NCBI GenBank assembly: GCA_902492065.1
Contig: CABUKE010000001.1
Coordinates: 348,652 to 412,651, forward strand
Origin: an uncultured Eubacteriales bacterium
GTDB taxonomy: Bacteria > Bacillota > Clostridia > UBA1381 > UMGS1253
DNA length: 64,000 bases
Direction: 5' to 3'
Part shown: positions 1 to 9,123 of the stretch, piece by piece
Numbering within the stretch: position 1 is the stretch's first letter
Layout of the letters: each line of letters starts with the position of its first letter
Notes under the pieces: generated by a model
The model's database searches: none
The model's input: the letters and a program-made list of their open reading frames with translations, nothing else
What the model was told of the DNA's origin: nothing
Made by a program: the position numbers and the translations under genes

Positions 1-1
1 C

Positions 2-901
2 CGCGATGAGAAAAAGCAGGACGATATGCGGCGCTTATATCGGGAGCAATTCCCGGAGCAGAGCAGCCGAGTCAAATACTATATTGGAGATGTGCGGGAC
101 ATACAGAGCGTGAGACTGGCCATGTACGGCGCGGATTATGTGTTCCACGCCGCTGCACTCAAGCAGGTACCGTCCTGCGAGCGGTTCCCGATGGAAGCAC
201 TTAAAACAAATGTGCTTGGGACGGAGAATGTGTTGACTGCGGCAGTCGAAAGCGGCGTACAGCGGGTGGTCTGTTTATCGACGGACAAGGCGGCCTATCC
301 GGTCAGCGCCATGGGCCTGTCCAAAGCTATGATGGAAAAGGCCGCAGTTGCGAAAGCGGCGAGCGTGCCGCCGGAGCAGACAACAATCTGCTGTACGCGC
401 TTTGGTAATATTATGTGCTCGCGCAGTTCGGTCATTCCGCTGTTTATCAGCCAAATCAAGGCCGGCCGGCCTTTGACTGTGACCGACCCGGACATGACCC
501 GCTTTCTTATGTCTATGGACGAAGCGGTGGAGCTTGTTCTGTATGCATTTTTGCACGCGCAGAGCGGCGATATACTGGTGCAGAAGGCGCCTGCCTGTAC
601 GATGTTGGTGCTGGCACAGGCGGTACGGGAACTGTTTTGTGCGGATAACCCAATCGAGGTGGTTGGCATTCGCCCGGGTGAAAAGCGGCATGAAACGCTT
701 TTGACCGACGAGGAATACGCCGCCGCAGAGGACTTGGGAGACTTTTACCGAATCAGCGCGCAGCACTGTGTGGGTGAGCACAATCAAAGAGAAGAAAACC
801 GTACAGAATTTTTGAGCGTGGAGCAGGTCAGGGAAAAACTTTTGAAAGAACCCTTTGTGCGCGGAGAGGCCGCGGCGTGGACGGAGCAATTCAGGGATTA
901 A
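2..901 (+). CDS. Polysaccharide-biosynthesis NAD-dependent dehydratase/epimerase, UDP-GlcNAc 4,6-dehydratase-like (CapD/PseB/FlaA1 family); 5' end cut by window edge
   Basis: The frame is open from base 2 (RDEKKQDDM precedes the listed Met at 26). Extended-SDR motifs YVFHAAALKQVP and STDKAAYPVSAMGLSKA are present. The N-terminal Rossmann GxxGxxG is absent, so the gene starts upstream. Confidence 0.8.
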   Translation, partial: RDEKKQDDMRRLYREQFPEQSSRVKYYIGDVRDIQSVRLAMYGADYVFHAAALKQVPSCERFPMEALKTNVLGTENVLTAAVESGVQRVVCLSTDKAAYPVSAMGLSKAMMEKAAVAKAASVPPEQTTICCTRFGNIMCSRSSVIPLFISQIKAGRPLTVTDPDMTRFLMSMDEAVELVLYAFLHAQSGDILVQKAPACTMLVLAQAVRELFCADNPIEVVGIRPGEKRHETLLTDEEYAAAEDLGDFYRISAQHCVGEHNQREENRTEFLSVEQVREKLLKEPFVRGEAAAWTEQFRD

Positions 902-933
902 CAAGGGGTTTTGAGGGAGCTGTTCTGATAAGG

Positions 934-964
934 AAAAAGGGATTCTTTTGAATCCCTTTTTTTA
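934..964. terminator. Bidirectional rho-independent terminator
   Basis: Stem agggattc/gaatccct with a tttt loop, flanked by an A-run and a T-run, between convergent genes. Confidence 0.75.
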
Positions 965-965
965 T

Positions 966-1712
966 TTATTGGCAGAGCTGTGCACGCAATTCCTGGTACC
1001 AGTCCCGGGCAAAGCCGAGCCGCGCGGCAATGTCGGCATTACTGGAAACCTGCAATAACTTATTCAGACGGGTGAGCGGCTCAGCGGGGATGTGCTGCGA
1101 GATATGAACCATATGGTAGTACAGCTTACCGGGCGTATAACGCATCCGGAGCAGCATCACAATCGGCTCGACCACATATTTGTTGTAGTAGAGCAGTGCT
1201 TCGGGGTACTGGCCGCGCAGTATATACTTGTATACTCGGCAGAGCTGGCTGAACCGGTATTCGCTTTCCCGGAGCCAAAACTGGTGTTCCTCCTGCCAGA
1301 GGGCAGGGTTCGGCTCGACATAGCGGACGACTTCTGCCTTGTCAAACAGGACAATACATTTTTCGATCTCGTCCCCATGTCGGAACTTGCTGTACCGCCC
1401 GTTGCAACTATGTAGCTGTACATTGAAGTCAATCATCCAGTATTCGCTTGTATCGGCGATATGGTAAACGCGCTGGAGCTGGCCGTCGTCCCCGCCGTTC
1501 TCATAACACAAATCGAGCGGGAAGAGCGTTTCTGCCAGATGGAGCACGTCCTCTACCGCTTCATCTGCAACGTCAAGGTTAATGTCCATGTCGGAATACT
1601 CGTCAAGGTGTCCGGTCGCGTCCGCGCCCTCCAACCACATGGCATACACGGTATCAAGCGGCGCAAAGGCGGCGGCATAGGTGTTTATAATTTCCTGTCG
1701 GGTGATATTCAT
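966..1712 (-). CDS. Nucleotidyltransferase-domain protein (aminoglycoside/lincosamide-NTase-like fold), function unknown
   Basis: 248-aa ORF. The N-terminal region has a Pol-beta-type acidic motif (DEYSDMDINLDV) followed by a helical C-terminal domain. No closer family was recognised. Confidence 0.45.
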   Translation of the reverse strand: MNITRQEIINTYAAAFAPLDTVYAMWLEGADATGHLDEYSDMDINLDVADEAVEDVLHLAETLFPLDLCYENGGDDGQLQRVYHIADTSEYWMIDFNVQLHSCNGRYSKFRHGDEIEKCIVLFDKAEVVRYVEPNPALWQEEHQFWLRESEYRFSQLCRVYKYILRGQYPEALLYYNKYVVEPIVMLLRMRYTPGKLYYHMVHISQHIPAEPLTRLNKLLQVSSNADIAARLGFARDWYQELRAQLCQ

Positions 1713-1790
1713 AAAAAACCCTCCTTAAAACGCGCTTTTCTTTGCTTTAGTATAGCATGCTATCCGCATTTCCGTCAATGCCAAAGCGCG

Positions 1791-1822
1791 AAAAAGGCCC
1801 GGTCGGTAGACCGGACCTTTTT
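1791..1822. terminator. Bidirectional rho-independent terminator
   Basis: Stem ggcccggtc/gaccggacc (one mismatch), flanked by A5 and T5. Confidence 0.7.
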
Positions 1823-1854
1823 AAGAAGCAATACTGCCTCTGAGGGGGGCAAAA

Positions 1855-3537
1855 TTAGTTTTTGTCTTCTTCACGAATCTGCACACGGCGGATTTTTCCG
1901 CTGATTGTCTTTGGCAGCTCATCGACAAACTCCACGATACGCGGATATTTGTACGGTGCAGTCGTATGTTTAACATGATTTTGAAGCTCTTTTTTCAGTT
2001 CTTCGCTGGCGGTATACCCCTTTGCCAGAACAATCGTCGCCTTGACAACCTGACCGCGCAGCTCGTCCGGCACAGCGGTGATTGCCGTTTCCAGAACGGC
2101 CGGGTGCTCCATCAGCGCGCTTTCCACCTCAAACGGCCCGATGCGGTAGCCGGAGCTCTTGATTACGTCGTCTGCGCGTCCTACAAACCAATAGTAACCG
2201 TCCTCGTCCTTCCAAGCGACGTCGCCGGTATAGTACAGGCCGTCGTGCCATACGCTGTTTGTCATCTCATCGTCGCGGTAATAACCCATGAACATGCCGG
2301 CCGGCGGATTGTCGTGCGGCGCGCGCAGGACGATTTGCCCCTCTTTGCCGGGGGGGCAGGAGTTCCCCTCGTCGTCAATGATGTCCACGTCGTAGTGCGG
2401 CATGGGTTTGCCCATAGAACCGGGCTTCGGCTCCATATAGATATTATTAGCAATTGTAATTGTCAGCTCCGTCTGCCCAAACCCTTCCATCAGTTTAAGG
2501 CCCGTCGCTGCATAGAACTGGTTGTAGATTTCCGGATTGAGCGGCTCACCGGCAACGCATGCGTACTCAAGGCTCGACAAATCATATTTCGTCAGGTCTT
2601 CCTTGATAAAGAAGCGGTAGATGGTCGGCGGAGCACAGAAGGTTGTAATCCTATGCTTTTCGATAACATGGAGCAAATCCGCAGGTTTGAACTTGTCGCT
2701 GTAGTCGTAGACGAAGATTGCCGCCTCGCAGAGCCACTGCCCGTACAGCTTGCCCCACGCGGTCTTTGCCCAGCCGGTGTCAGCAACGGTCAGATGGACG
2801 CCGCCCTTGTGAATGTTCTGCCAGAAGCACGCCGTCGCAATATGTGCGAGCGGATATGCAAAGTTATGGATTACCATTTTCGGCATACCGGACGTGCCGG
2901 AGGTAAAGTACAGAAGCATGATGTCGTTGTTCTGCGTCGCCTCTGCGCCGGTCGGCCGCGTAAAATGCTCGTCCGTATGGTCAAGCTCGCGGTGGAAGTC
3001 AATCCACCCGTCGCGGCTGAATTTCCGATTTTTATCGACAAACACCTTTTTCGTCAACGTCGGACATTTTGCCTGCGCTTCGTCGATGCAGTCGAGAATG
3101 TGGTCGTTGTCAGAGGTGGCGATTACCATTTTGATATCCGCTGCGTTGGCGCGGTACACGATATCCTTTGTCATGAGCAGGTGCGTCGCCGGGATGCCGA
3201 CCACACCGAGCTTGTGCATGCCGAGGATGAGCCACCAGAACTCATAGTGGCGCTTGAGCACGAGCATAACCATGTCGCCCTTTTTGAGGCCCTGGTCTTT
3301 TAAAAACTGCGCCGACAGGTCGGAATACTTTTTCATTTCCGCAAACGAGAACGTCCGCTCCTCGCCTTCGTCGTTGCACCATACGAGCGCGTCCTTGTCC
3401 GGCGACGTTTTCGCCAGCTCGTCAATTACGTCGTAGGCAAAGTTGAAGTTTTCCGGTACATTGATATGAAAGTTTTCAAAATAATCCTCACAGGACGTAA
3501 AATCCGTTTTTGCATATTTATTGACTAATAAACTCAT
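1855..3537 (-). CDS. AMP-forming acyl-CoA synthetase (medium-chain/acetyl-CoA synthetase-like, ANL superfamily)
   Basis: AMP-binding motifs [22 protein letters not shown] and the C-terminal TISGKIRR are present. I chose the ATG at 3537 because an AGGAG lies 8 nt upstream; the listed start at 3546 is a GTG inside that SD. Confidence 0.9.
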   Translation of the reverse strand: MSLLVNKYAKTDFTSCEDYFENFHINVPENFNFAYDVIDELAKTSPDKDALVWCNDEGEERTFSFAEMKKYSDLSAQFLKDQGLKKGDMVMLVLKRHYEFWWLILGMHKLGVVGIPATHLLMTKDIVYRANAADIKMVIATSDNDHILDCIDEAQAKCPTLTKKVFVDKNRKFSRDGWIDFHRELDHTDEHFTRPTGAEATQNNDIMLLYFTSGTSGMPKMVIHNFAYPLAHIATACFWQNIHKGGVHLTVADTGWAKTAWGKLYGQWLCEAAIFVYDYSDKFKPADLLHVIEKHRITTFCAPPTIYRFFIKEDLTKYDLSSLEYACVAGEPLNPEIYNQFYAATGLKLMEGFGQTELTITIANNIYMEPKPGSMGKPMPHYDVDIIDDEGNSCPPGKEGQIVLRAPHDNPPAGMFMGYYRDDEMTNSVWHDGLYYTGDVAWKDEDGYYWFVGRADDVIKSSGYRIGPFEVESALMEHPAVLETAITAVPDELRGQVVKATIVLAKGYTASEELKKELQNHVKHTTAPYKYPRIVEFVDELPKTISGKIRRVQIREEDKN

Positions 3538-3586
3538 TGTTTTCACTCCTAATTTCCAATCTTTCTGTCTTTTGGGCCGATGGTTT

Positions 3587-4138
3587 TTAGAAAATAATTG
3601 CTAAAAACTTCGCCCTGCCGCCAACGGCCTGCATGCCATGTTTATATTTTGCGTCAAAATACAGCGAGTCGCCGGGCTGCATGGTCAGTTCTGTTCCGTT
3701 AATCGTAATTTTGAGCGTGCCCTCCAGCACATAGTTAAATTCGTGGCCGGGGTGTGTGTTTTCGGGCGCGTCGTCAGCCATGTTCGACTCTGGTACTTCG
3801 ACTGTGAAAATTTCTGCGCGCTTGTGCTTAAAGTTGAAGGCAAGGTTTTGGTATTTATATTCCTTGCGGCGCTCCACGTCAAGCCCTTCGCCCGCGCGTA
3901 CGAGCTGATATACCGATAGGCGGGGGTCGTCCCCCGAAATAATGGCGGTCATTTCCACGCCGAATTTGTTTGCAAATTCGTACAGAAAGCTCATGGGGAT
4001 GTCTGCTTCACCGCTTTCATACGATTCATACACTTCCTTGCTTACACCGAGATCCTTTGCAACTGCTTCGGTTGAAACGCCCTCAATCTCGCGCAAGCCT
4101 CTCATTCTTTCCGCTGTTTGTTTGATTTGTTCTAACAC
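3587..4138 (-). CDS. XRE-family transcriptional regulator with C-terminal cupin domain
   Basis: An N-terminal HTH ([23 protein letters not shown]) is followed by a cupin beta-barrel ([14 protein letters not shown]...GDSLYFD). It lies immediately upstream of the acyl-CoA synthetase on the same strand. Confidence 0.85.
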   Translation of the reverse strand: MLEQIKQTAERMRGLREIEGVSTEAVAKDLGVSKEVYESYESGEADIPMSFLYEFANKFGVEMTAIISGDDPRLSVYQLVRAGEGLDVERRKEYKYQNLAFNFKHKRAEIFTVEVPESNMADDAPENTHPGHEFNYVLEGTLKITINGTELTMQPGDSLYFDAKYKHGMQAVGGRAKFLAIIF

Positions 4139-4415
4139 GGTTTTGCATCTCCTTTCGATAAGCTGTTTGCTGTGTTTGTGTAACCATCATACCACAAGTT
4201 TTTGCGTTTGAAAACCCTTTTGCCCACAATAACATGAAAACAATTGGAAATTAATTCAAGCAAGCAGAAAATGAATAAAATTTTTTGCTGTTTCTCGTGG
4301 TATTATCCATATGATTAGCGGATTTTATCATAACGGACAAAAATTACTTTGGATGAATTGAAAAAATAAATAAATAATAGATAATAGGAAAATGAAACAG
4401 AAGGGAAGTTAGAAT

Positions 4416-5045
4416 ATGAATAAAAAAATTGTTTTTATCATAATTACTTTGTCGGCGCTAATTGTCTTGCTTTGTTCGTGCAGCGGCATGCCAGGAGAAA
4501 CGCCGGACGCGTCCGCACCGCCGGACAACACAGCACAGGCGGCGGACGGGGAAGAAGAACAACCGAAGCCGGAAACACCGCCGGAACCATCCGCCGAACC
4601 GCATATGTTGGGCGAGTATGAAACACCAATTCTTAATAACGATGCTGATCGGGTCGCAAACCTCGCGCTGGCGTGTGAGAAAATCAATGCTGTTGTGACC
4701 GAGCCGGAGCAGGAGTTTTCTTTTAATGATACTGTCGGCGAGCGGACGGAGGAGCGGGGATTTAAAAAGGGAATCGTCTTTGACGGCAAGGAAAAGACTG
4801 AGGCGGTCGGCGGCGGCGTATGCCAGGTCAGCTCGACGCTGTTCGGCGCAGCGAAGAACGCCGCGCTCGAAATTACGGAGCGGCACCAGCATGAGCGTGA
4901 GGTTCAGTACGTCAAGCTTGGCGACGATGCGACGGTCAAGTATGGGGAATTGGATTTCAAATTCAAAAATACACAAAGCCGGCCGGTCAAAATCGAAGCC
5001 TTTTTGACAGATAGCACGGTGTGCGTGCGCATTTGGGCGATATAG
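4416..5045 (+). CDS. VanW-domain protein, probable lipoprotein
   Basis: Signal peptide with Cys (LLCSCSG), a Pro/Glu-rich linker, then VanW-like motifs FSFNDTVGERT..GF and GGGVCQVSSTLF. Confidence 0.75.
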   Translation: MNKKIVFIIITLSALIVLLCSCSGMPGETPDASAPPDNTAQAADGEEEQPKPETPPEPSAEPHMLGEYETPILNNDADRVANLALACEKINAVVTEPEQEFSFNDTVGERTEERGFKKGIVFDGKEKTEAVGGGVCQVSSTLFGAAKNAALEITERHQHEREVQYVKLGDDATVKYGELDFKFKNTQSRPVKIEAFLTDSTVCVRIWAI

Positions 5046-5141
5046 CGGGAAAAACGATGCAGCGGGAGAAAAAATCCTTGCACAAACGGCCAAAATAGGA
5101 TAAAATAGGTACGGAAATTTGTGAAAGAAAGGGAGAGTACA

Positions 5142-6494
5142 ATGAGCGGTATCGGCTTTGATTATGGCAAGGCAAAGGATTTTATTTCCCCGTATGAGGT
5201 TGACTATTTGCGCGACATGACAAAAACGTGTCACGATATGCTGCACGCAAAAAGCGGCGCAGGCAATGACTTCTTGGGTTGGGTAGACCTTCCGGTGGCG
5301 TATGATAAGGAAGAGTTTGCACGCATTAAGAAAGCGGCGGCGAAAATCCAGTCGGATTCGGACGTTTTAGTTGTAATCGGGATTGGCGGGTCGTACCTCG
5401 GCGCGCGTGCGGTGATTGAGGCGCTGCGCCACAGCTTTTACAACATGGTAGATAAAAGTGTGCGCAAAACGCCGGAGATTTATTTTGCGGGCAACTCCAT
5501 CAGCCCTACGTATCTGGCGGATTTGATTGACGTGATTGGGGAGCGGGACTTCTCGCTCAATATTATCTCGAAGTCGGGCACGACGACGGAGCCGGCGGTT
5601 GCATTCCGCGTGCTGAAGGCGCTGTGTGAGAAAAAGTACGGCAAGGACGGCGCAAAGAGCCGCATCTATGCGACGACTGACAAGGCGCGCGGCGCACTCA
5701 AGGCACTGTGTGACGAGGAAGGCTACGAGACCTTTGTTGTACCGGACGATGTGGGCGGGCGGTTCTCCGTTCTGACGGCGGTTGGCCTGCTGCCTATTGC
5801 GGTAAGCGGCGCAGACATCGACAAGCTCATGGAAGGCGCAGCGGCAGGATATGAAGAATACAAGAACCCGAACATGGACGAAAATATCTGCTACCAGTAT
5901 GCGGCGGTGCGTAATGCGCTCTACCGCAAGGGCAAGAACATAGAAATGATGATTAACTATGAGCCGTGCCTGCACTACTTCTCCGAGTGGTTCAAGCAGC
6001 TCTACGGCGAGAGCGAGGGCAAGGACGGCAAGGGTATCTTCCCGGCGGCGGCTGACTTTTCAACCGACTTGCACTCCATGGGACAGTATATCCAGGATGG
6101 ACAGCGGATTCTGTTTGAAACGGTTTTGTCGGTGGAGAAGCCGCGCCGCGACATTAGCCTGGAGGCGGATGAGGCGAATGTGGACGGGCTGAACTTCCTT
6201 GCAGGCAAGACGATGGATTTTGTCAATAAAAAGGCGTTTGAGGGAACGGTATTGGCGCACACGGACGGCGGTGTGCCGAATCTCGTTGTCAGCATTGAGT
6301 CGCTCGACGAATATAATCTCGGCAAGCTGATCTACTTCTTCGAGAAGGCATGCGGCATCAGCGGCTATTTGCTCGGCGTAAATCCGTTCAACCAGCCGGG
6401 CGTGGAAGCATATAAGAAGAATATGTTTGCGCTTCTGGGCAAGCCGGGCTATGAGAACGAAAAAGAGGCGCTCGAAAAGCGGCTCGGACGGTAG
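5142..6494 (+). CDS. pgi: Glucose-6-phosphate isomerase
   Basis: Motifs [21 protein letters not shown] and [14 protein letters not shown] are present. I chose the ATG at 5142 because of the SD gggagag upstream. Confidence 0.95.
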   Translation: MSGIGFDYGKAKDFISPYEVDYLRDMTKTCHDMLHAKSGAGNDFLGWVDLPVAYDKEEFARIKKAAAKIQSDSDVLVVIGIGGSYLGARAVIEALRHSFYNMVDKSVRKTPEIYFAGNSISPTYLADLIDVIGERDFSLNIISKSGTTTEPAVAFRVLKALCEKKYGKDGAKSRIYATTDKARGALKALCDEEGYETFVVPDDVGGRFSVLTAVGLLPIAVSGADIDKLMEGAAAGYEEYKNPNMDENICYQYAAVRNALYRKGKNIEMMINYEPCLHYFSEWFKQLYGESEGKDGKGIFPAAADFSTDLHSMGQYIQDGQRILFETVLSVEKPRRDISLEADEANVDGLNFLAGKTMDFVNKKAFEGTVLAHTDGGVPNLVVSIESLDEYNLGKLIYFFEKACGISGYLLGVNPFNQPGVEAYKKNMFALLGKPGYENEKEALEKRLGR

Positions 6495-6569
6495 GTTTTT
6501 CCTGATTTGTAAAATTTAATCTCCTTAAAATAAATTTAGTAAAATTGCAGGAATAATTAAAATATTTAC

Positions 6570-6598
6570 TTGCATATTTGTATGAAATATAGTATGCT
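6570..6598 (+). promoter_or_regulatory. Sigma-A-like promoter (TTGCAT-17-TATGCT)
   Basis: The hexamers have 17-nt spacing and lie about 40 nt upstream of the 6635 ORF and its aaggagg SD. Confidence 0.45.
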
Positions 6599-6634
6599 TA
6601 AGATAGAGAAATTATTTTAAGGAGGTAGATTGAA

Positions 6635-7045
6635 ATGATAAAGGTACTGGTCGGTAAAAAGGGCAGCGGTAAGACCAAAACATTGATCGAGTGCGTCAAC
6701 GATTCCGTGAATACGGCCGATGGCGACATTGTGTTTATCAGCAGCGACACAAAGCGGCATATGTACGATATATCGCACCGGGTGCGCATGGTTGACACGT
6801 CCGGTTTTGCGCTCAAGTCGTACGACGAGTTTTACGGCTTTTTGTGCGGGCTGATTTCCAACAATTTTGATATCTCCAATATTTTTATCGACAGCGTTTT
6901 CAAGATTGTCGGGGCGGAAACGGACGGTCTTGAGAAGTTCTTTGAAGATATTGAGGGCCTTGCAAAACACTATGACCTGTCATTTTTATTTACCATCAGT
7001 ATGGACACGGCGGACGCGCCGCAGTATATAAAGCAATACGCATGA
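6635..7045 (+). CDS. Minimal P-loop NTPase of unknown function (136 aa)
   Basis: Walker A GKKGSGKT sits at residues 7-14, with a Walker-B-like NIFIDS element. The SD aaggagg is strong. No other domain is recognisable. Confidence 0.6.
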   Translation: MIKVLVGKKGSGKTKTLIECVNDSVNTADGDIVFISSDTKRHMYDISHRVRMVDTSGFALKSYDEFYGFLCGLISNNFDISNIFIDSVFKIVGAETDGLEKFFEDIEGLAKHYDLSFLFTISMDTADAPQYIKQYA

Positions 7046-7070
7046 TATCATAAGGCAAAATTGCAGCGCG

Positions 7071-7114
7071 CAGCAGGGGGCGGGGGGCCTTGTGTCCTTC
7101 GCCTGCTGTATTTT
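7071..7114 (+). terminator. Probable terminator (7-bp stem, large G-rich loop, T-run)
   Basis: cagcagg...cctgctg followed by tatttt. The loop contains GGGGGCGGGGGG. Confidence 0.4.
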
Positions 7115-7159
7115 AAAGCGGTGGCTGCATAAGCCGATACTATTTGGAGGTTTGTTTGT

Positions 7160-8662
7160 ATGCTCTATCGGAGTACAAGGGATAAAACAATCAAAATTGA
7201 GTCTGCACAGGCAATCAAGACGGGCCTGTCAAAAGAGGGCGGCCTGTTTGTTCCGGAGTCGCTTCCGGCCGTTTCTCTGAGCGACATCGAGGGGATGGCA
7301 CACATGTCCTACGGTGACCGGGCGGTGTTTGTGCTCTCGAAGTTTTTGACGGATTTTGATTTGTTCGAGCTCAAGGAGTGCGTCGATTTGGCGTACAATA
7401 AAGAAAAGTTTGAAACCGACACGATTGCGCCGGTGTATAAGCTCAACAGCAGCGTCTACTTTCTGGAGCTGTGGCATGGGCCGACGTGTGCGTTTAAGGA
7501 CATGGCGCTCCAGATTTTGCCGCATTTGCTTACCAAGTCAATGCAGAAGTGCGGCTCGGATAAAGAATGTGTGATTCTGGTCGCAACGTCGGGCGATACG
7601 GGCAAGGCCGCGCTTGAAGGCTTCAAGGATGTCAACAAAACGCGGATTTTTGTCTTCTATCCGGAGCGCGGCGTGAGCGAGATACAGAAGCTGCAAATGG
7701 TCACACAGGAGGGCAACAATGTTGGTGTTGCCGCCGTTGTGGGTAACTTTGACGATGCGCAGACGGGCGTGAAGAAGATTTTCACCGATAAGGAATATGA
7801 GGACATTTTAGCGGTGAACGGCTTCGAACTGTCAAGCGCAAACTCAATCAACTGGGGGCGGCTTGTTCCGCAGATTGTGTACTATTTCTCGGCATATGCC
7901 GATTTGGTAAAGAGCGAGGAGATCAAGCTTGGCGACAAGATCAACTTTGCCGTGCCAACGGGTAACTTCGGTAACATTCTGGCAGGGTATTACGCGAAGC
8001 AGATGGGCCTGCCGGTAAACAAGTTTATCTGCGCGTCAAATGAAAACAATGTATTGACCGAGTTTATCAACACGGGCGTTTATGATCGTAACCGAAAGTT
8101 CTATACGACGATTTCGCCGTCGATGGATATTTTGGTGTCGAGTAACCTGGAGCGGTTGCTGTTCAACGTGACGGGCGACGATGATGCGCAGGTGCGGGCA
8201 TATATGGACGCGCTTGCGGCAGAAGGCAAATATACGATCAGCGCCGATGTGCTGACAAAAATCAAGGACAGCTTCTACGCCGGCTATTGCGACGACGAGG
8301 CAACCATGGCGGCGATTAAGGCAGTCAACGAGGAATATTCGTATGTGATGGACCCGCACACCGCAGTTGGCAAGTGCGTTTACGAGCAGTATGCAGCCGA
8401 GACAGGCGATACGACAAAAACGGTGATTGCGTCGACGGCGAGCCCGTTCAAATTCAACCAGAGTGTGCTGATTGCGCTCAAGGGGTTGGCAAGCGTTGCG
8501 GGCAAGAACGAGTTTGAGCTTTTGGATATTTTGTCGCAGGAGAGCAACATGCGGATTCCGAAGTCGCTCGCTGAGCTGAAGTCGAAGCCGCGCCTGTTTA
8601 GCATGAGCTGTGAAAAGCAGCAGATGCAGCAGGTCGTAAGTGAGTTTTTGCAGGTAGAATAG
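7160..8662 (+). CDS. thrC: Threonine synthase (long form)
   Basis: 500-aa PLP enzyme with the lysine motif TCAFKDMALQ and ATSGDTGKAA. Confidence 0.93.
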   Translation: MLYRSTRDKTIKIESAQAIKTGLSKEGGLFVPESLPAVSLSDIEGMAHMSYGDRAVFVLSKFLTDFDLFELKECVDLAYNKEKFETDTIAPVYKLNSSVYFLELWHGPTCAFKDMALQILPHLLTKSMQKCGSDKECVILVATSGDTGKAALEGFKDVNKTRIFVFYPERGVSEIQKLQMVTQEGNNVGVAAVVGNFDDAQTGVKKIFTDKEYEDILAVNGFELSSANSINWGRLVPQIVYYFSAYADLVKSEEIKLGDKINFAVPTGNFGNILAGYYAKQMGLPVNKFICASNENNVLTEFINTGVYDRNRKFYTTISPSMDILVSSNLERLLFNVTGDDDAQVRAYMDALAAEGKYTISADVLTKIKDSFYAGYCDDEATMAAIKAVNEEYSYVMDPHTAVGKCVYEQYAAETGDTTKTVIASTASPFKFNQSVLIALKGLASVAGKNEFELLDILSQESNMRIPKSLAELKSKPRLFSMSCEKQQMQQVVSEFLQVE

Positions 8663-8776
8663 TCAACAAAATTATCCAAACCGGAAGCATGCTGACGGGG
8701 AGGAGAAAACAAATAAAACGCAGATTCTGATACCGAGGAGCCTCCGAGTTAGAAGAACATGCAAAGCAGGAGCGGT

Positions 8777-8836
8777 AAAAGCCGCGCCTTTTGATGCAGA
8801 ATTGGAGCCGTGCGTATCGGATACGCGCGGCTTTTT
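8777..8836 (+). promoter_or_regulatory. Attenuator-like element: terminator hairpin with a competing upstream complement
   Basis: Hairpin 8807-8817/8821-8831 (11 bp including one G-U) is followed by T5 at 8832-8836. Segment 8777-8787 (aaaagccgcgc) is a perfect complement of 8825-8835. The hairpin ends 9 nt before the SD of the next gene. Confidence 0.5.
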
Positions 8837-8855
8837 GTATGCAGGGAGGGAAACA

Positions 8856-9122
8856 ATGGAAAAACGAATTGCATTGATTGGCATTATCGTGGAGGACACA
8901 AGCTCGACTGCCGAGCTCAACGAAATCCTGCACGAGTACGGCGGCGATATCGTCGCGCGGATGGGCGTGCCATACCGGGAGCGCAGCGTCTGCATTATCA
9001 GCGTTGCGGTGGATGCGCCGGCCGACCGGATCAGCTCGCTTGCGGGCAAGTTAGGACGACTGCGCGGCGTGAGCGTAAAGACAATGTACACAAAAATGGA
9101 CAATGAAACTGGGAGGGGTTAA
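8856..9122 (+). CDS. TM1266-family putative iron-only hydrogenase system regulator (small ACT/NikR-C-like protein)
   Basis: 88 aa, MEKRIALIGIIVED...ISVAVDAP, located directly upstream of hydG. I chose the ATG at 8856 because of the SD gggaggg; the listed TTG at 8802 lies inside the terminator hairpin. Confidence 0.7.
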   Translation: MEKRIALIGIIVEDTSSTAELNEILHEYGGDIVARMGVPYRERSVCIISVAVDAPADRISSLAGKLGRLRGVSVKTMYTKMDNETGRG

Positions 9123-9123
9123 C

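Noticed and set aside
1966-3303. A 445-aa ORF antisense to the acyl-CoA synthetase. Similar cases are 40402-41355, 50392-51354, 24838-25710, 4458-5246, 23508-24305 and 15764-16312.
   Set aside because: All lie inside well-supported sense genes, lack SD sequences, and have the biased Arg/Leu/Val/His composition typical of antisense frames in genes with GC-rich third positions.
7074-7087. The G-run GGGGGCGGGGGG as a possible G-quadruplex.
   Set aside because: There are only two G tracts, which is not enough for an intramolecular G4. The run lies in the loop of the hairpin downstream of the P-loop gene.
8802-8855. The TTG-initiated 5' extension of the TM1266-like ORF, as listed in the ORF track.
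   Set aside because: The extension starts inside the terminator hairpin and has no SD. The ATG at 8856 has a gggaggg SD and yields the family-typical MEKRIALIGI N-terminus.
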